In this document: one piece after another, positions 8,951-18,391 of the stretch
How the letters are laid out: every line of letters starts with the position of its first letter
Position numbering within the stretch: the stretch's first letter is position 1
IMG/VR virus record: IMGVR_UViG_3300017760_000001
Span: 1-64,000 of that record
Strand: one strand, 5' to 3'
Source: a virus
DNA length: 64,000 bases
Made by a program: the position numbers and the translations under genes
Notes under the pieces: model-generated
Databases searched by the model: none
The model's input: only the letters and a program-made list of their open reading frames with translations
Told to the model about the DNA's origin: nothing

Positions 8951-10128
8951 TTTAGTTTCATTGCCTTTTGTAAGTCCTGTGGACTCTTTGAAGCCATGTT
9001 TGAGAACTTCAACTTCTGATCGTTTCTCTTAATACTGTTGTATTTGGTCAGTACTGCTTTGGCAAGATTCTGTTTCAAGTTTACTTTCTTACCGTTCTTG
9101 AACTCGATTACTCCACCCTTGGGTAGATCTGCGACTCTACGTAACTGAATGATGATGTTCTTGTCTGCCGCTTTACGGTCATCTGCCGTTGCTTTGTAAT
9201 CATCTACATCAGCAGCGTCCTTACCTTTTTTACCCATCGCACGGAACGCATCACGTTTTGCGTTCTCTAGAATGCCTTCCTCAAACAACTTTGCAGCCTG
9301 TTTGATACTTAGAGTTTTGATATCTCCGAATTGATTCTTGGTTCTAACAGTAACTTTACGACCACTTAAACCTAACTCAAGTGCGTAGGTCTTACCGTCC
9401 TTACCACGAACGTTCTTTACTACTGCTTCGTTGACTTCAGGTTTCTCATGGGTGTAACCCATCTTGTCCATCTTCACATGATCTGCGTATGTGTTTGCTT
9501 TGTAACCTTTCCCAGTTTTGGGATCATACATCATGTGTGGTTTGAAATCTTTCTCGTCAGCACATTCTTTTTGTTCTTTCTCTTTCTTAGAGATTGCGAT
9601 TGCAGCCTGTTGAGCAGGTGATACTGCCTCTGCCATCTTGAAAGGTGCTTTCCTACGGATAGTTCCTTTACGTAATGCATCACCGATTAGTTTACCTAAC
9701 TTGGCACTGTCGTATCTTTTGTACTTGGGCATAGACAATAGAATGTCTTGTGCTTGACTATCAGACTTACCTTTCTTCTTGAGTTGTTCGTAGTCTTTAA
9801 ATAGATTACGGTTCTCATCAAGTTCTACAGACTCTTGTACAGATTCGATATACATGTTCAACTCGTAACGCTTGTTGTCCAAGTTTGCGACTTGGATATG
9901 TGCGTGACGGTTCTTCTTGTTAGTCTTCAAGATATACTTGTTGGTCTTACCCGAAGATGGTTTCTTCGGCCCAGTCGCAACCTTGTTGTCGATATCGTTC
10001 TTATCAACCACGTAACCTTTCTTCTTTGCATGTGCATATGCGTGTTGCATCGCACTAGAGAAGTCTTTGTGGTATAAGTCGTAACCAGAAGAAGACTTTG
10101 CTTCTCGAATCTGTCTAAATGTTTTCAT
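8947..10128 (-). CDS. modular probable head-internal protein
   Basis: N-terminus MKTFRQIREA; basic modules separated by x-x-E junctions. Confidence 0.6.
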   Translation of the reverse strand: MKTFRQIREAKSSSGYDLYHKDFSSAMQHAYAHAKKKGYVVDKNDIDNKVATGPKKPSSGKTNKYILKTNKKNRHAHIQVANLDNKRYELNMYIESVQESVELDENRNLFKDYEQLKKKGKSDSQAQDILLSMPKYKRYDSAKLGKLIGDALRKGTIRRKAPFKMAEAVSPAQQAAIAISKKEKEQKECADEKDFKPHMMYDPKTGKGYKANTYADHVKMDKMGYTHEKPEVNEAVVKNVRGKDGKTYALELGLSGRKVTVRTKNQFGDIKTLSIKQAAKLFEEGILENAKRDAFRAMGKKGKDAADVDDYKATADDRKAADKNIIIQLRRVADLPKGGVIEFKNGKKVNLKQNLAKAVLTKYNSIKRNDQKLKFSNMASKSPQDLQKAMKLK

Positions 10129-10848
10129 TTATTTTTTCTCTTTTTTTATAACTTTATTGTACGATGGAATCCTAACACCTAACCACCACTCGGATTCACT
10201 GGTATGTCTATAAACTTTTAACGGCAACGATACGTGAACAATATTTCTATAATTCACACTAAAAACATCGCCCCAAGCCCAATGTAGATCTTCTCCTAAT
10301 CTAGCTTGTTCTTTTTCTGATGAACCAAAAACTTTTCTTGGATTCATAATCTTATCTCTTGGGTGAAAAATCATAAAATCACCTATCTGTCTTTTTTCCG
10401 AACGATTTTCCGAAGTCCACTTGTTTATTAATCTTCTCGCACTCATGTGTTGAACACCTATTACAATGCCTTTTTTTTGTAATTCTTCGAGACAGATTTC
10501 CAAATTGCAAATCAACGACCGATACGTATCTTTAGCATTATTTGTTTTATCCAGTACAACATCATTTCTAATTCTTATAACATGTTTATACTGTTCAGGC
10601 AATTTCTGTACCGTATCATAATGTTTATATATCTGTACTAACTTCTGATCATATTTTTCATATTCATCTTCAGGAATATCACATATAATATAATCAAATG
10701 GAAATAGATTTCTTATTTCATCGATAACCTGATTCTGCAAATCTTCAGGTAATCTCATTTTTCCAGTTATTAATACTATAGTGTCCGATTTATAACTTTC
10801 TCTTTGAGTATTACCCGAACGAATCTTAGGTAATCCCCAATCCGTCAC
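10129..10848 (-). CDS. hypothetical glycosyltransferase-like protein
   Basis: VLITGKMR, VIRIRND, DFMIFH, resembling 26877..27557; AT-rich. Confidence 0.45.
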   Translation of the reverse strand: MTDWGLPKIRSGNTQRESYKSDTIVLITGKMRLPEDLQNQVIDEIRNLFPFDYIICDIPEDEYEKYDQKLVQIYKHYDTVQKLPEQYKHVIRIRNDVVLDKTNNAKDTYRSLICNLEICLEELQKKGIVIGVQHMSARRLINKWTSENRSEKRQIGDFMIFHPRDKIMNPRKVFGSSEKEQARLGEDLHWAWGDVFSVNYRNIVHVSLPLKVYRHTSESEWWLGVRIPSYNKVIKKEKK

Positions 10849-11117
10849 GCAAGATCCTTATCGTGGTTCAGTGTACCTTTTTTCTTTTTAACGATGAACG
10901 CATTTACTCGTGCATGTCCCCATTGTTGTGGAGTGGTGCCTGGCCTGTGACCAGTCTTCCATGCCGCTACTCCACGGTTATAAACTTTTTTAAGTGTGGC
11001 AGGTGATATGCCAGACTTCTTTGCTTTCGCAGCGATACCATCGGAACCTTCTTTGAAGTCGATTGTGTCGTACATCGAATATCTTTTTTCTTCTAAGTAT
11101 TTTTTGAAGTTGATCAT
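10845..11117 (-). CDS. small basic probable head-internal protein
   Basis: MINFKKYLEE; KAKKSGI..LKKVYNRGVAAWKTGHRPG..QQWGHARVNAF. Confidence 0.65.
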   Translation of the reverse strand: MINFKKYLEEKRYSMYDTIDFKEGSDGIAAKAKKSGISPATLKKVYNRGVAAWKTGHRPGTTPQQWGHARVNAFIVKKKKGTLNHDKDLA

Positions 11118-13063
11118 TTGGTTTCTCTATTCTTCTTTTTAGTTGCAGCCAATCTAGCACGATCCAACATACGATCGTGTTTTGCTTTATCTGATTCCTT
11201 CTCTTTGTCAATCGATGCTTTCGCAGTCGCAACCGCATCTTCTTTTTTCAACATCGCAGGGTTAGTTGCCAGATGTTTGGGTAACTTACCCTTGTCGATT
11301 AACTTATGAAGTATTCTTTGTAATTCTTTTCCGTCAACACCTGTCGCACCAGCTGCTCTCTGAATACCAACTGCACCTTGTTTTGGATTCTTACGTCTCC
11401 AATCAAGATACCACCGTACTGCTTTCTGGTATGCTTTCTGTTTCAAGCCTGGGATCTTAGTTGCAAGACTCATCGGAATACTGATAGACTCATTGATTGC
11501 CTCATTGATGTCTTCGGTAGTGATGGTCTTGGACGTAGTTCGGAAGTCCTTCTTACGCATTATTGTTTTGTTAATAACTTCGAACTCATCGTTCTTACGG
11601 TCGTAGTTAATAACAACAGGAAGGTTTAGATCTGTTTGTAAATCTTTGATCACCGCTTCACTGTCTGGATTCTGACGAATGTTCTTCGCCTTGTTACGTG
11701 CAATCTTCTTGAACACACGTTGTAATTCTTGCACCTTGATAGGTGGATCATTTCGTTTGTCGTTCATACGATCACCAAAGTGTCTGGTGAACTCGATGTC
11801 AACATTGAATTTTTTCAGGATACGATCCGCAAACTTCTCTAGATCAACTAGTTGTTTAGCAGTTACATCTTCCGAGATAGGAGTATCTTTCTTATACTTC
11901 TTGACTAGTTTATCCGTTCCTTCTTCGCCCGCATTTTCTGGTACACAATTAGGAACCATCTTGTTCCCTTTCTTCTTCATGCCGACTTCTTTGTATCCAT
12001 CCCAACAGTCTTCGTCATACATATCTTTGAATGCTTTGGTATACTTGGACGGTTTGGTTTTCGCAGTCGCATCGCCTGGAGCTGGTTTATATGCAGATGC
12101 ATCATCGTCTGCTTTCTTACCATGCTTCTTGAAGTGGGCGTCTCGTTTTGTTTTGGTAGACTTCTTCAGTCCTTTGTGATAACGAGCGGGTTGAGTACCT
12201 TCACGGTCTTTGATATCAGGATCTTGTTTCTTACCAGAACCACCTTCTACCAACTCAACGGCATCTAACCACTTGCGGTATTTCTTGTCACCACATTCTA
12301 CGATAACGTAGTTAGAACCAAGGAAACTCACTGTGCCAAGTTCTTCGGTTTCTTTGATGACAACCGAATCACCCACTTGATAGAGATTTCCTTGTACATA
12401 TTGTTCTCTTGTTTCAGAAACAGGAGTAAGTTCAACATGATTTTTGAACGATCTTTCTTCTTTGAGACCCATTCCTTTTCGCACGTCATTAAATAACGAC
12501 CGTGCATCTTTGTTGGACATCGTCTTCGGAACACCTTGAGAGAAACTCACAAAGTCGTTCGCTGTGGCATTTGCCCGTTGTTTGGATGCAGACATGCCCT
12601 CTACACCCTCAGCATCAGGATCTCTCGCACCTGCCGAGATTATATTGATCCTTTTAAAATTGTAAAAACCGTGTCGTGCTTTGACACCGTTATATTTGTT
12701 CAGTAGAGTCTTGAACTCTGTAATACGATCCGCACCAACAACCATGTTGATGTTTCGATAACCTTGGTCATACAGAGATGCAGCCACATCAAACACGTTT
12801 CTTACTTTCTTGTCCATCATAACTTGACGGGCGTGTTTAGGGAACATCTTGCGAATGTGTTTAACTTTTTGACTGTAGTTTAACGGATCTTTCTTTGCGT
12901 TCTGAGACTGAGACACATACACCTTGTAGTCTGCCTTACCAGACTTAGATGCCAATGTGTCCATAACTTTACCGTGACCGATAGTAGGAGGATTCATTCT
13001 ACCAAAGGTAAAATATACTTCACGTTCCTCTTCGACTAGGTATTGTGAAAAATTCTTTATCAC
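11114..13063 (-). CDS. HIGH-superfamily nucleotidyltransferase (cytidylyltransferase-like) with C-terminal accessory modules
   Basis: TFGRMNPPTIGH, VVGADR, GARDPD, MSASKQR in the first ~200 aa. Confidence 0.8.
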   Translation of the reverse strand: MIKNFSQYLVEEEREVYFTFGRMNPPTIGHGKVMDTLASKSGKADYKVYVSQSQNAKKDPLNYSQKVKHIRKMFPKHARQVMMDKKVRNVFDVAASLYDQGYRNINMVVGADRITEFKTLLNKYNGVKARHGFYNFKRINIISAGARDPDAEGVEGMSASKQRANATANDFVSFSQGVPKTMSNKDARSLFNDVRKGMGLKEERSFKNHVELTPVSETREQYVQGNLYQVGDSVVIKETEELGTVSFLGSNYVIVECGDKKYRKWLDAVELVEGGSGKKQDPDIKDREGTQPARYHKGLKKSTKTKRDAHFKKHGKKADDDASAYKPAPGDATAKTKPSKYTKAFKDMYDEDCWDGYKEVGMKKKGNKMVPNCVPENAGEEGTDKLVKKYKKDTPISEDVTAKQLVDLEKFADRILKKFNVDIEFTRHFGDRMNDKRNDPPIKVQELQRVFKKIARNKAKNIRQNPDSEAVIKDLQTDLNLPVVINYDRKNDEFEVINKTIMRKKDFRTTSKTITTEDINEAINESISIPMSLATKIPGLKQKAYQKAVRWYLDWRRKNPKQGAVGIQRAAGATGVDGKELQRILHKLIDKGKLPKHLATNPAMLKKEDAVATAKASIDKEKESDKAKHDRMLDRARLAATKKKNRETK

Positions 13064-13542
13064 TCTTCTTTGCCCTTACTCTTCTTTCTTGCGAGTTCTG
13101 CTTTACGCACTTTGGGTAACAACTTCTTCGCTAGTTTATCTATTTTGGGTTTCATTTTGTCTAGACGTTTTTCAATTTCCATTCGTCTAGCCATATTTAG
13201 GTCACCCTTAGATACCCCTTTTGTGAGTTTCTTGGCAATCATATTGCGTGCTTGTTTCTTGGCACGTTTCTTGAGTGTCTCCATATTCGCCATCTTACGG
13301 GCGGCACGTTTGCGACCGAGTGCGATTTTAGGAGCGAGTTTTTTCATTTGACGGGCTTTCTTGAGCCGTTGTTGAGTAGTGAGCGCTTCATCTTTTTGTG
13401 GAGGATTGGTGGAAGAGTACTCAGCATCCGTTCCAGCACCAATATCTTTTTTGCGCTTCTTAGCATTATAGGCGAGTTGATCGTCCCCAGTCTGGGTGTA
13501 GTCAACTGCTATGAAATCTTTAAAACCTAACTTCTTAGGCAT
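13060..13542 (-). CDS. basic hypothetical protein
   Basis: 160 aa, K/R-rich, GAGG RBS. Confidence 0.6.
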   Translation of the reverse strand: MPKKLGFKDFIAVDYTQTGDDQLAYNAKKRKKDIGAGTDAEYSSTNPPQKDEALTTQQRLKKARQMKKLAPKIALGRKRAARKMANMETLKKRAKKQARNMIAKKLTKGVSKGDLNMARRMEIEKRLDKMKPKIDKLAKKLLPKVRKAELARKKSKGKEE

Positions 13543-13566
13543 AACGTCCTCTTTTGGTTCTTCCCA

Positions 13567-14787
13567 TTAATTACGACTAGGTTTGTCCCAGCCTTTAACA
13601 ACATCAGGTGAAAAGTTATTATAGGAAAACTCCATCCTATCAACCAGTTTCACCGCATCACCACCAAGTGTATCGATTGCTACATATCCTTCCTCACCTG
13701 TGGTCTTATAACCGTCTTTAGTTTGGACGAAAGTATCAATCTTTTTTAATCTATCAAGTTTATTTATAAGAATTAGTTTCGCAAGAACAATATTTTTTTG
13801 CAATTCAAACATCTGAACTAGAGATTTCTTGTTACCATCTGAGAAGAACTCCATGATATCATCTAGTTTTTTCTGTTGTGTTGCCTTACCTTTATCACTC
13901 TTTCTTTTGTCAATCTCTTTCTGGAATTTCTGATTGATCCACTTCAGTAGTCCACGAACGTGCGTATTAGTGTTACCGATCACTTGACCAGCCCGCACAA
14001 AAGTGTTGTTGTATTGTTCGATCAATCTTGCGAGTTCTTGATTGGCTTCTAGTTGTCGTAGTGTCGTACCAGACACACGATTGAACAGAACACCACACTT
14101 ACTCAGAATCTTTGTTACTTCTTCGGTCTCTTTCTTGGTCATTGTCGCCTGTTGCGTATCACGCAACATAGCATCCTGTGACCAGACATTTGTAGAGTTA
14201 CGGAACTTTGACACGTCAACACCATATGATGCTTTCATTGACTCGAAGTCTTTCCCAGTATAAGTTGTATGCCATACAATACCGATCTTCGCCTTCTTGA
14301 TCGCAGTCGCCTGATCTTCAGGTACGGCATAGATGATAGTGTTTGGATGGAACGTTATGTAACTAACACCATCGAATTTTTTCTTTGACAGATCTTTCTT
14401 TGAAAACAAGAAGTCTCCTTGGATGACTCCCTTGATTCCCAGATCAGGAAGATACTTCAATGCATCTTTCATCTTACTCGCCAGATCACCAGACATGTCC
14501 GCATCAATCTCCGCATCAGTCTTATAGACTTTTGGATTTTTAGCAAAGATACCTTTCTTCGCCACAAAGAACTTACCGTCCCTTGGATCTTGACCACAGA
14601 AGATCGCAGGCGCACCGTCCCACTTAACCGAGACATTCCCTGCCTTCTTGCCTCCCAACATGTCACGCATATCACGTAATGCATTGATTGCCTGACGAGT
14701 ACCGTTGACACCCCCATAGAGAACTCTGTCCTCAATGTGAGTCATGTGGGTATTCTTTTGTTCCGTGATGAACTGTGAAAATTCCAT
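13567..14787 (-). CDS. conserved T4-like protein with ligase-type nucleotidyltransferase motifs (DUF6267-like)
   Basis: HMTHIED, SVKWDGAPA, QGDFLF, EGYV, VKLVDRMEFS. Confidence 0.65.
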   Translation of the reverse strand: MEFSQFITEQKNTHMTHIEDRVLYGGVNGTRQAINALRDMRDMLGGKKAGNVSVKWDGAPAIFCGQDPRDGKFFVAKKGIFAKNPKVYKTDAEIDADMSGDLASKMKDALKYLPDLGIKGVIQGDFLFSKKDLSKKKFDGVSYITFHPNTIIYAVPEDQATAIKKAKIGIVWHTTYTGKDFESMKASYGVDVSKFRNSTNVWSQDAMLRDTQQATMTKKETEEVTKILSKCGVLFNRVSGTTLRQLEANQELARLIEQYNNTFVRAGQVIGNTNTHVRGLLKWINQKFQKEIDKRKSDKGKATQQKKLDDIMEFFSDGNKKSLVQMFELQKNIVLAKLILINKLDRLKKIDTFVQTKDGYKTTGEEGYVAIDTLGGDAVKLVDRMEFSYNNFSPDVVKGWDKPSRN

Positions 14788-14788
14788 G

Positions 14789-16081
14789 TTATTGTACCTT
14801 CAAGTGAACGGCAGAAAGTTTAGATTGTGACTTCGCAACACGGTACAAGTATGTCATGAACTCTTGTTCACGTCCCTTCACCATAGTAAACAAAGTTGTA
14901 ACATAATACTTGGACACCAACCACTCAATATTTTTACTAGAAAGTTCTTTGCCGAAATCTTCTCTGCTAACAGGTTTGTTTGTTGTCCCAGTATAGAAAT
15001 TATAGAACTTATCCAAGAAACCTTCACGGTCTTTCTTGATTGAAGCTTCTAGTTGTTTGCGGTTCTCTAGTCTACTAGTAGTAGTTGCGTACAAGGCCGC
15101 ATCAATACCACCTTGAGATACTTTACCGTGTTTTGCAGCCTTACCAATAATCTCACACTGGAATGTCGGGAAGGTACGGAACTGAATCTCACCGCCACCA
15201 TACATGATGTATCCGTCTTTAGACTTGAAGAAGTCTCTTTTACCATAAGATACTTTGGTAAACTTGGGTGACTTGAATGGTGCTTTGTAGTTGACTTGAG
15301 TAAGTCGTAACCTACCAGAAACTTTCTTGAGTGACACACCGAGGATATCTCTCTCAGCGAATGCCTTCAATAATTCGTTGTTTAGATATTGGAGTGACTT
15401 AGCACCTTGAATATCGTATTTGGTCTCCGCTCCTTTTGCGACCATCCAGATATCTGCTGGTGTCCACTTATTTACATTCTGGAATGCTTTCTCTTCACGA
15501 TTCAATTCTTTGAACTTCTTCTCGAGCGCATTTACCCACGCAGAACCACGATGGAAAGAATAGGTTTTCTTCTTCAACACTTTATGCAATGACTTTGCTG
15601 TGTCAATCGATGAACTAATCCAAACTTCATCTCCCAGTAAAACTTCATCTACTTTCGCATCAGTATGGGTGCGAGAGAATGCGTTTCTGATATCATCGGG
15701 AGTAAACTTAGTATTGGGGTTGTCCCAGATGGCCTGTAGATAAACACATTGTGCAGATTCAGTCGCACGAGTATTATCCGATCCACCACCAGATCCACGA
15801 CCACCCCCGAACTCTTCGGTCTTCTTGAGTTTACCGAAAGAGATCTTCTCCCCATCCATAGTCTCAAGTCCGACAGATCGGGCGAGTTTAGAATCCTTAG
15901 AAAAGATAGCCTTCTCTATTTCTTTATTGTATTTCAAAACCACTTGTTTACCGTCTGTGGTTTCAAATGGTTCGAATGTCTGGTATTTCTTTAAGAATAA
16001 GTCGGCACGAAACGCACGATCGTCACGAGTTATCTCGGCAAAGGTTAGTGACGCTTCGGTCAGATTCGAAAACTTTAGCAT
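14789..16081 (-). CDS. putative PD-(D/E)xK-like nuclease
   Basis: ATESAQC, NKWTPADIW, GVSLKK. Confidence 0.45.
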   Translation of the reverse strand: MLKFSNLTEASLTFAEITRDDRAFRADLFLKKYQTFEPFETTDGKQVVLKYNKEIEKAIFSKDSKLARSVGLETMDGEKISFGKLKKTEEFGGGRGSGGGSDNTRATESAQCVYLQAIWDNPNTKFTPDDIRNAFSRTHTDAKVDEVLLGDEVWISSSIDTAKSLHKVLKKKTYSFHRGSAWVNALEKKFKELNREEKAFQNVNKWTPADIWMVAKGAETKYDIQGAKSLQYLNNELLKAFAERDILGVSLKKVSGRLRLTQVNYKAPFKSPKFTKVSYGKRDFFKSKDGYIMYGGGEIQFRTFPTFQCEIIGKAAKHGKVSQGGIDAALYATTTSRLENRKQLEASIKKDREGFLDKFYNFYTGTTNKPVSREDFGKELSSKNIEWLVSKYYVTTLFTMVKGREQEFMTYLYRVAKSQSKLSAVHLKVQ

Positions 16082-16121
16082 TAATAGTCCTAGTATTAGT
16101 AGTTTTACTAAATTATAACAC

Positions 16122-16129
16122 TATTTATA
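16122..16129 (-). promoter_or_regulatory. T4 late promoter heading the internal-protein cluster
   Basis: TATAAATA about 40 nt upstream of ATG 16081. Confidence 0.75.
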
Positions 16130-16802
16130 ACAAAACGGAAGTAGAACTTTGCTCCTCATTGTATTTTTCTATAGTCTCACGAAGAGGACGAACCCAGTTG
16201 TCACGGTGTTCAACGAAGACTTGAGGCGGTGCATTGTCAACAGAAATGACAGTGACCAACTGGACGATAGGTTGACCAGTACGTTCTTCCCACATGATTG
16301 CGTATGCCGCTTCTTGCATGAAGTAGTTCTTAATCCAGTCTTTACGTTTAGGTTTCATCGAAGTTTTGTAATCGATGATTGACGGTTTACCATCAAAGAT
16401 ACCAACACAGTCAACACGACCCGCCACACCAAGGTGGTTAGAGTACAGTGGTGCCTCTTGGGCATACACTTTAGTCAGACGTTCATCAAGGATAGGTTTG
16501 ACATCAAGGAACGATGCAATGATATCGGGAGTGTATCCGTCCTTGAAGTTGGGATCATTGTTTACATACTTCTCAATGATTTCGTGGACAGAAGTACCAC
16601 GAGTAGATGCACGGTGAGAGATGCGATTCGCTTCCGCATGACCGACTTTAGCACGCCACTTGGCAATAGACTCACGACTAAGTATAGATAATACTGTAGT
16701 AATAGATGGGAGGTTAACCCCTTCTGGAGTTTTGTACTTACGACCAGAGTCCGTAGTAACGGCATTCATCTCGGTCAATTCAACAATTTCATGATCAAAC
16801 AT
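16125..16802 (-). CDS. PD-(D/E)xK exonuclease
   Basis: PSITTVL, RGTSVHEIIE, QE, VAGRVDC, IIDYKTS, YFMQEAAY. Confidence 0.85.
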   Translation of the reverse strand: MFDHEIVELTEMNAVTTDSGRKYKTPEGVNLPSITTVLSILSRESIAKWRAKVGHAEANRISHRASTRGTSVHEIIEKYVNNDPNFKDGYTPDIIASFLDVKPILDERLTKVYAQEAPLYSNHLGVAGRVDCVGIFDGKPSIIDYKTSMKPKRKDWIKNYFMQEAAYAIMWEERTGQPIVQLVTVISVDNAPPQVFVEHRDNWVRPLRETIEKYNEEQSSTSVLL

Positions 16803-16831
16803 ATTTAACTCTCTTCTCGGTAACAGCTGTC

Positions 16832-16860
16832 ATTATACACCATTGTACCGCCTTTGTCAA
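16832..16860 (-). promoter_or_regulatory. sigma70-type promoter
   Basis: TTGACA-17-TATAAT. Confidence 0.8.
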
Positions 16861-17102
16861 GCGGAATATTCAATTAAATTTCTTAAAAGGAACGTTAGTC
16901 CCAACCCATTTACCAGTATCAATGCCCTGTCTTTCCATAGGCACGATACCCAGAACCAACCCATCACACCAACAATAGAAAGTATCAGATCATAAAACTG
17001 ATATCCTTCAATACCTCGAACGGACATCGCACCTATCATCATGACAGATGCGAACCATTTTACATACCAGTCTAACTCTCTACCTTGACTATTGTCCCTC
17101 AT
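16857..17102 (-). CDS. small multi-TM membrane protein
   Basis: LDWYVKW...WKDRALILVN; three hydrophobic segments. Confidence 0.6.
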   Translation of the reverse strand: MRDNSQGRELDWYVKWFASVMMIGAMSVRGIEGYQFYDLILSIVGVMGWFWVSCLWKDRALILVNGLGLTFLLRNLIEYSA

Positions 17103-17277
17103 CAGTCATCCATTCAAAGTGTCCAGTAGTTGGACTAAACTGGGCGCATTGTGTTGCAGCTGCCTCCAGTTTCCATTCACTCTCAACCGAACTCGCACCT
17201 ACGCACGAACCAATTACAAGAGTTAGTTTAAACAGTATTAGTCCTACGATTATTCTAGACGTTCTATCATTCATCAT
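17089..17277 (-). CDS. hypothetical membrane/secreted protein
   Basis: N-terminal TM; CAQFSPTTGHFEW. Confidence 0.5.
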   Translation of the reverse strand: MMNDRTSRIIVGLILFKLTLVIGSCVGASSVESEWKLEAAATQCAQFSPTTGHFEWMTDEGQ

Positions 17278-17545
17278 CAGTATCTACCTTTAAGTCAGTT
17301 TCAATCCATACCCTCGCTCCACATGAGAGAGGTTTGTTAGGTGAATAGACAACTCTCGCAAGTTCGTTACCTTCCTCGTCACGAATAATCGCATTGCTTG
17401 TATATCTATTTCTTTTGTAATCCTTTACTGTTATCACAGGTTCTTCCGTGCCGTTCTTTAGATTGGCACGGATCTTATGCATGTTTACATGTATTCTAGT
17501 CTTCATATTATTCACACGGTTGGAAGATCGCATCAAATCTCGCAC
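17267..17545 (-). CDS. hypothetical protein
   Basis: IHVNMHKIRAN...YSPNKPLSCGARVWIET; true start probably MKTRIH. Confidence 0.6.
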   Translation of the reverse strand: MRDLMRSSNRVNNMKTRIHVNMHKIRANLKNGTEEPVITVKDYKRNRYTSNAIIRDEEGNELARVVYSPNKPLSCGARVWIETDLKVDTDDE

Positions 17546-18161
17546 GATCAGCCTTCTCTATTGCTATTTGACGTTTAGTTCGTAGATCTTCCATTCGATC
17601 ACGCATCGCAATCCACTTGTCGTAACTCATTGGTTTACGAGCGTCACCAAAAGCGAGACCCTTCCTTTTGAATTCACTCTTGAGAATCTTCTTGTAGTCT
17701 GCACCCATGAACACACCGACCAGTTTCAGTAGACACTGACGGAACGAACGACCGTGGTGCATGTGACCGAGACAGTGCGCTAGTTCATGAAGTAAAGTGT
17801 AACGGTTCAGACCAGCTTGTGCAAGAGTCACAACACGACCGTTGGTGAAACCAGAGTTCTTCTTGTTTCGAGTACTCATTGCCACAATTCGTGGATTAGA
17901 GTCAAAGATCTTCGCAACGTTATCGTTGATCGATTCTTTCCATAACTTTGACCAAGTCTTGGATTTGTAAATCTTCTTGGCGAACTTCTCCGCTTCAGCG
18001 ATGTCAGCAAAGTTCACATCATTAATCTGACGTTGGAACATCCACTCCGCTTCATAAGTACGAGTGCGTTCTGAGTCACGACCCTTCGCCCCCTTGTTTT
18101 GTTTCGCTTCGTGTTTCAACAGGTAGGTTGCGTAATCAATACTATCGTAATTATAACTCAT
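17508..18161 (-). CDS. putative zinc metallopeptidase (SprT-like)
   Basis: LLHELAH...HHGRSF. Confidence 0.65.
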   Translation of the reverse strand: MSYNYDSIDYATYLLKHEAKQNKGAKGRDSERTRTYEAEWMFQRQINDVNFADIAEAEKFAKKIYKSKTWSKLWKESINDNVAKIFDSNPRIVAMSTRNKKNSGFTNGRVVTLAQAGLNRYTLLHELAHCLGHMHHGRSFRQCLLKLVGVFMGADYKKILKSEFKRKGLAFGDARKPMSYDKWIAMRDRMEDLRTKRQIAIEKADRARFDAIFQPCE

Positions 18162-18391
18162 TATGAAATCTCCTCAAGTAATGCATCAAGGTCAGTGTTC
18201 AAGTGAGGATAAACAATCTCAAAGAACTTGTCAACTTGTTGGGCAGTCGCAGACTTGTCAACAATGATACGGTCGATCAGTGCATTCTGATCTAACCACT
18301 CAATCTTGTTGTGGAAGGTATCGGTATTAACGTTGTAGTAGTAAGACATAATGTCTTCGGAAGTGGAAAAATCAAACTGGTTCATAATCAT
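18161..18391 (-). CDS. hypothetical protein
   Basis: First ORF after promoter 18421; translationally coupled to the next gene. Confidence 0.55.
   Translation of the reverse strand: MIMNQFDFSTSEDIMSYYYNVNTDTFHNKIEWLDQNALIDRIIVDKSATAQQVDKFFEIVYPHLNTDLDALLEEIS

Noticed and set aside
16125-16802. Cas4 / CRISPR system
   Set aside because: Stand-alone PD-(D/E)xK exonuclease without the Fe-S cysteine set; no repeat-spacer array or other cas genes seen
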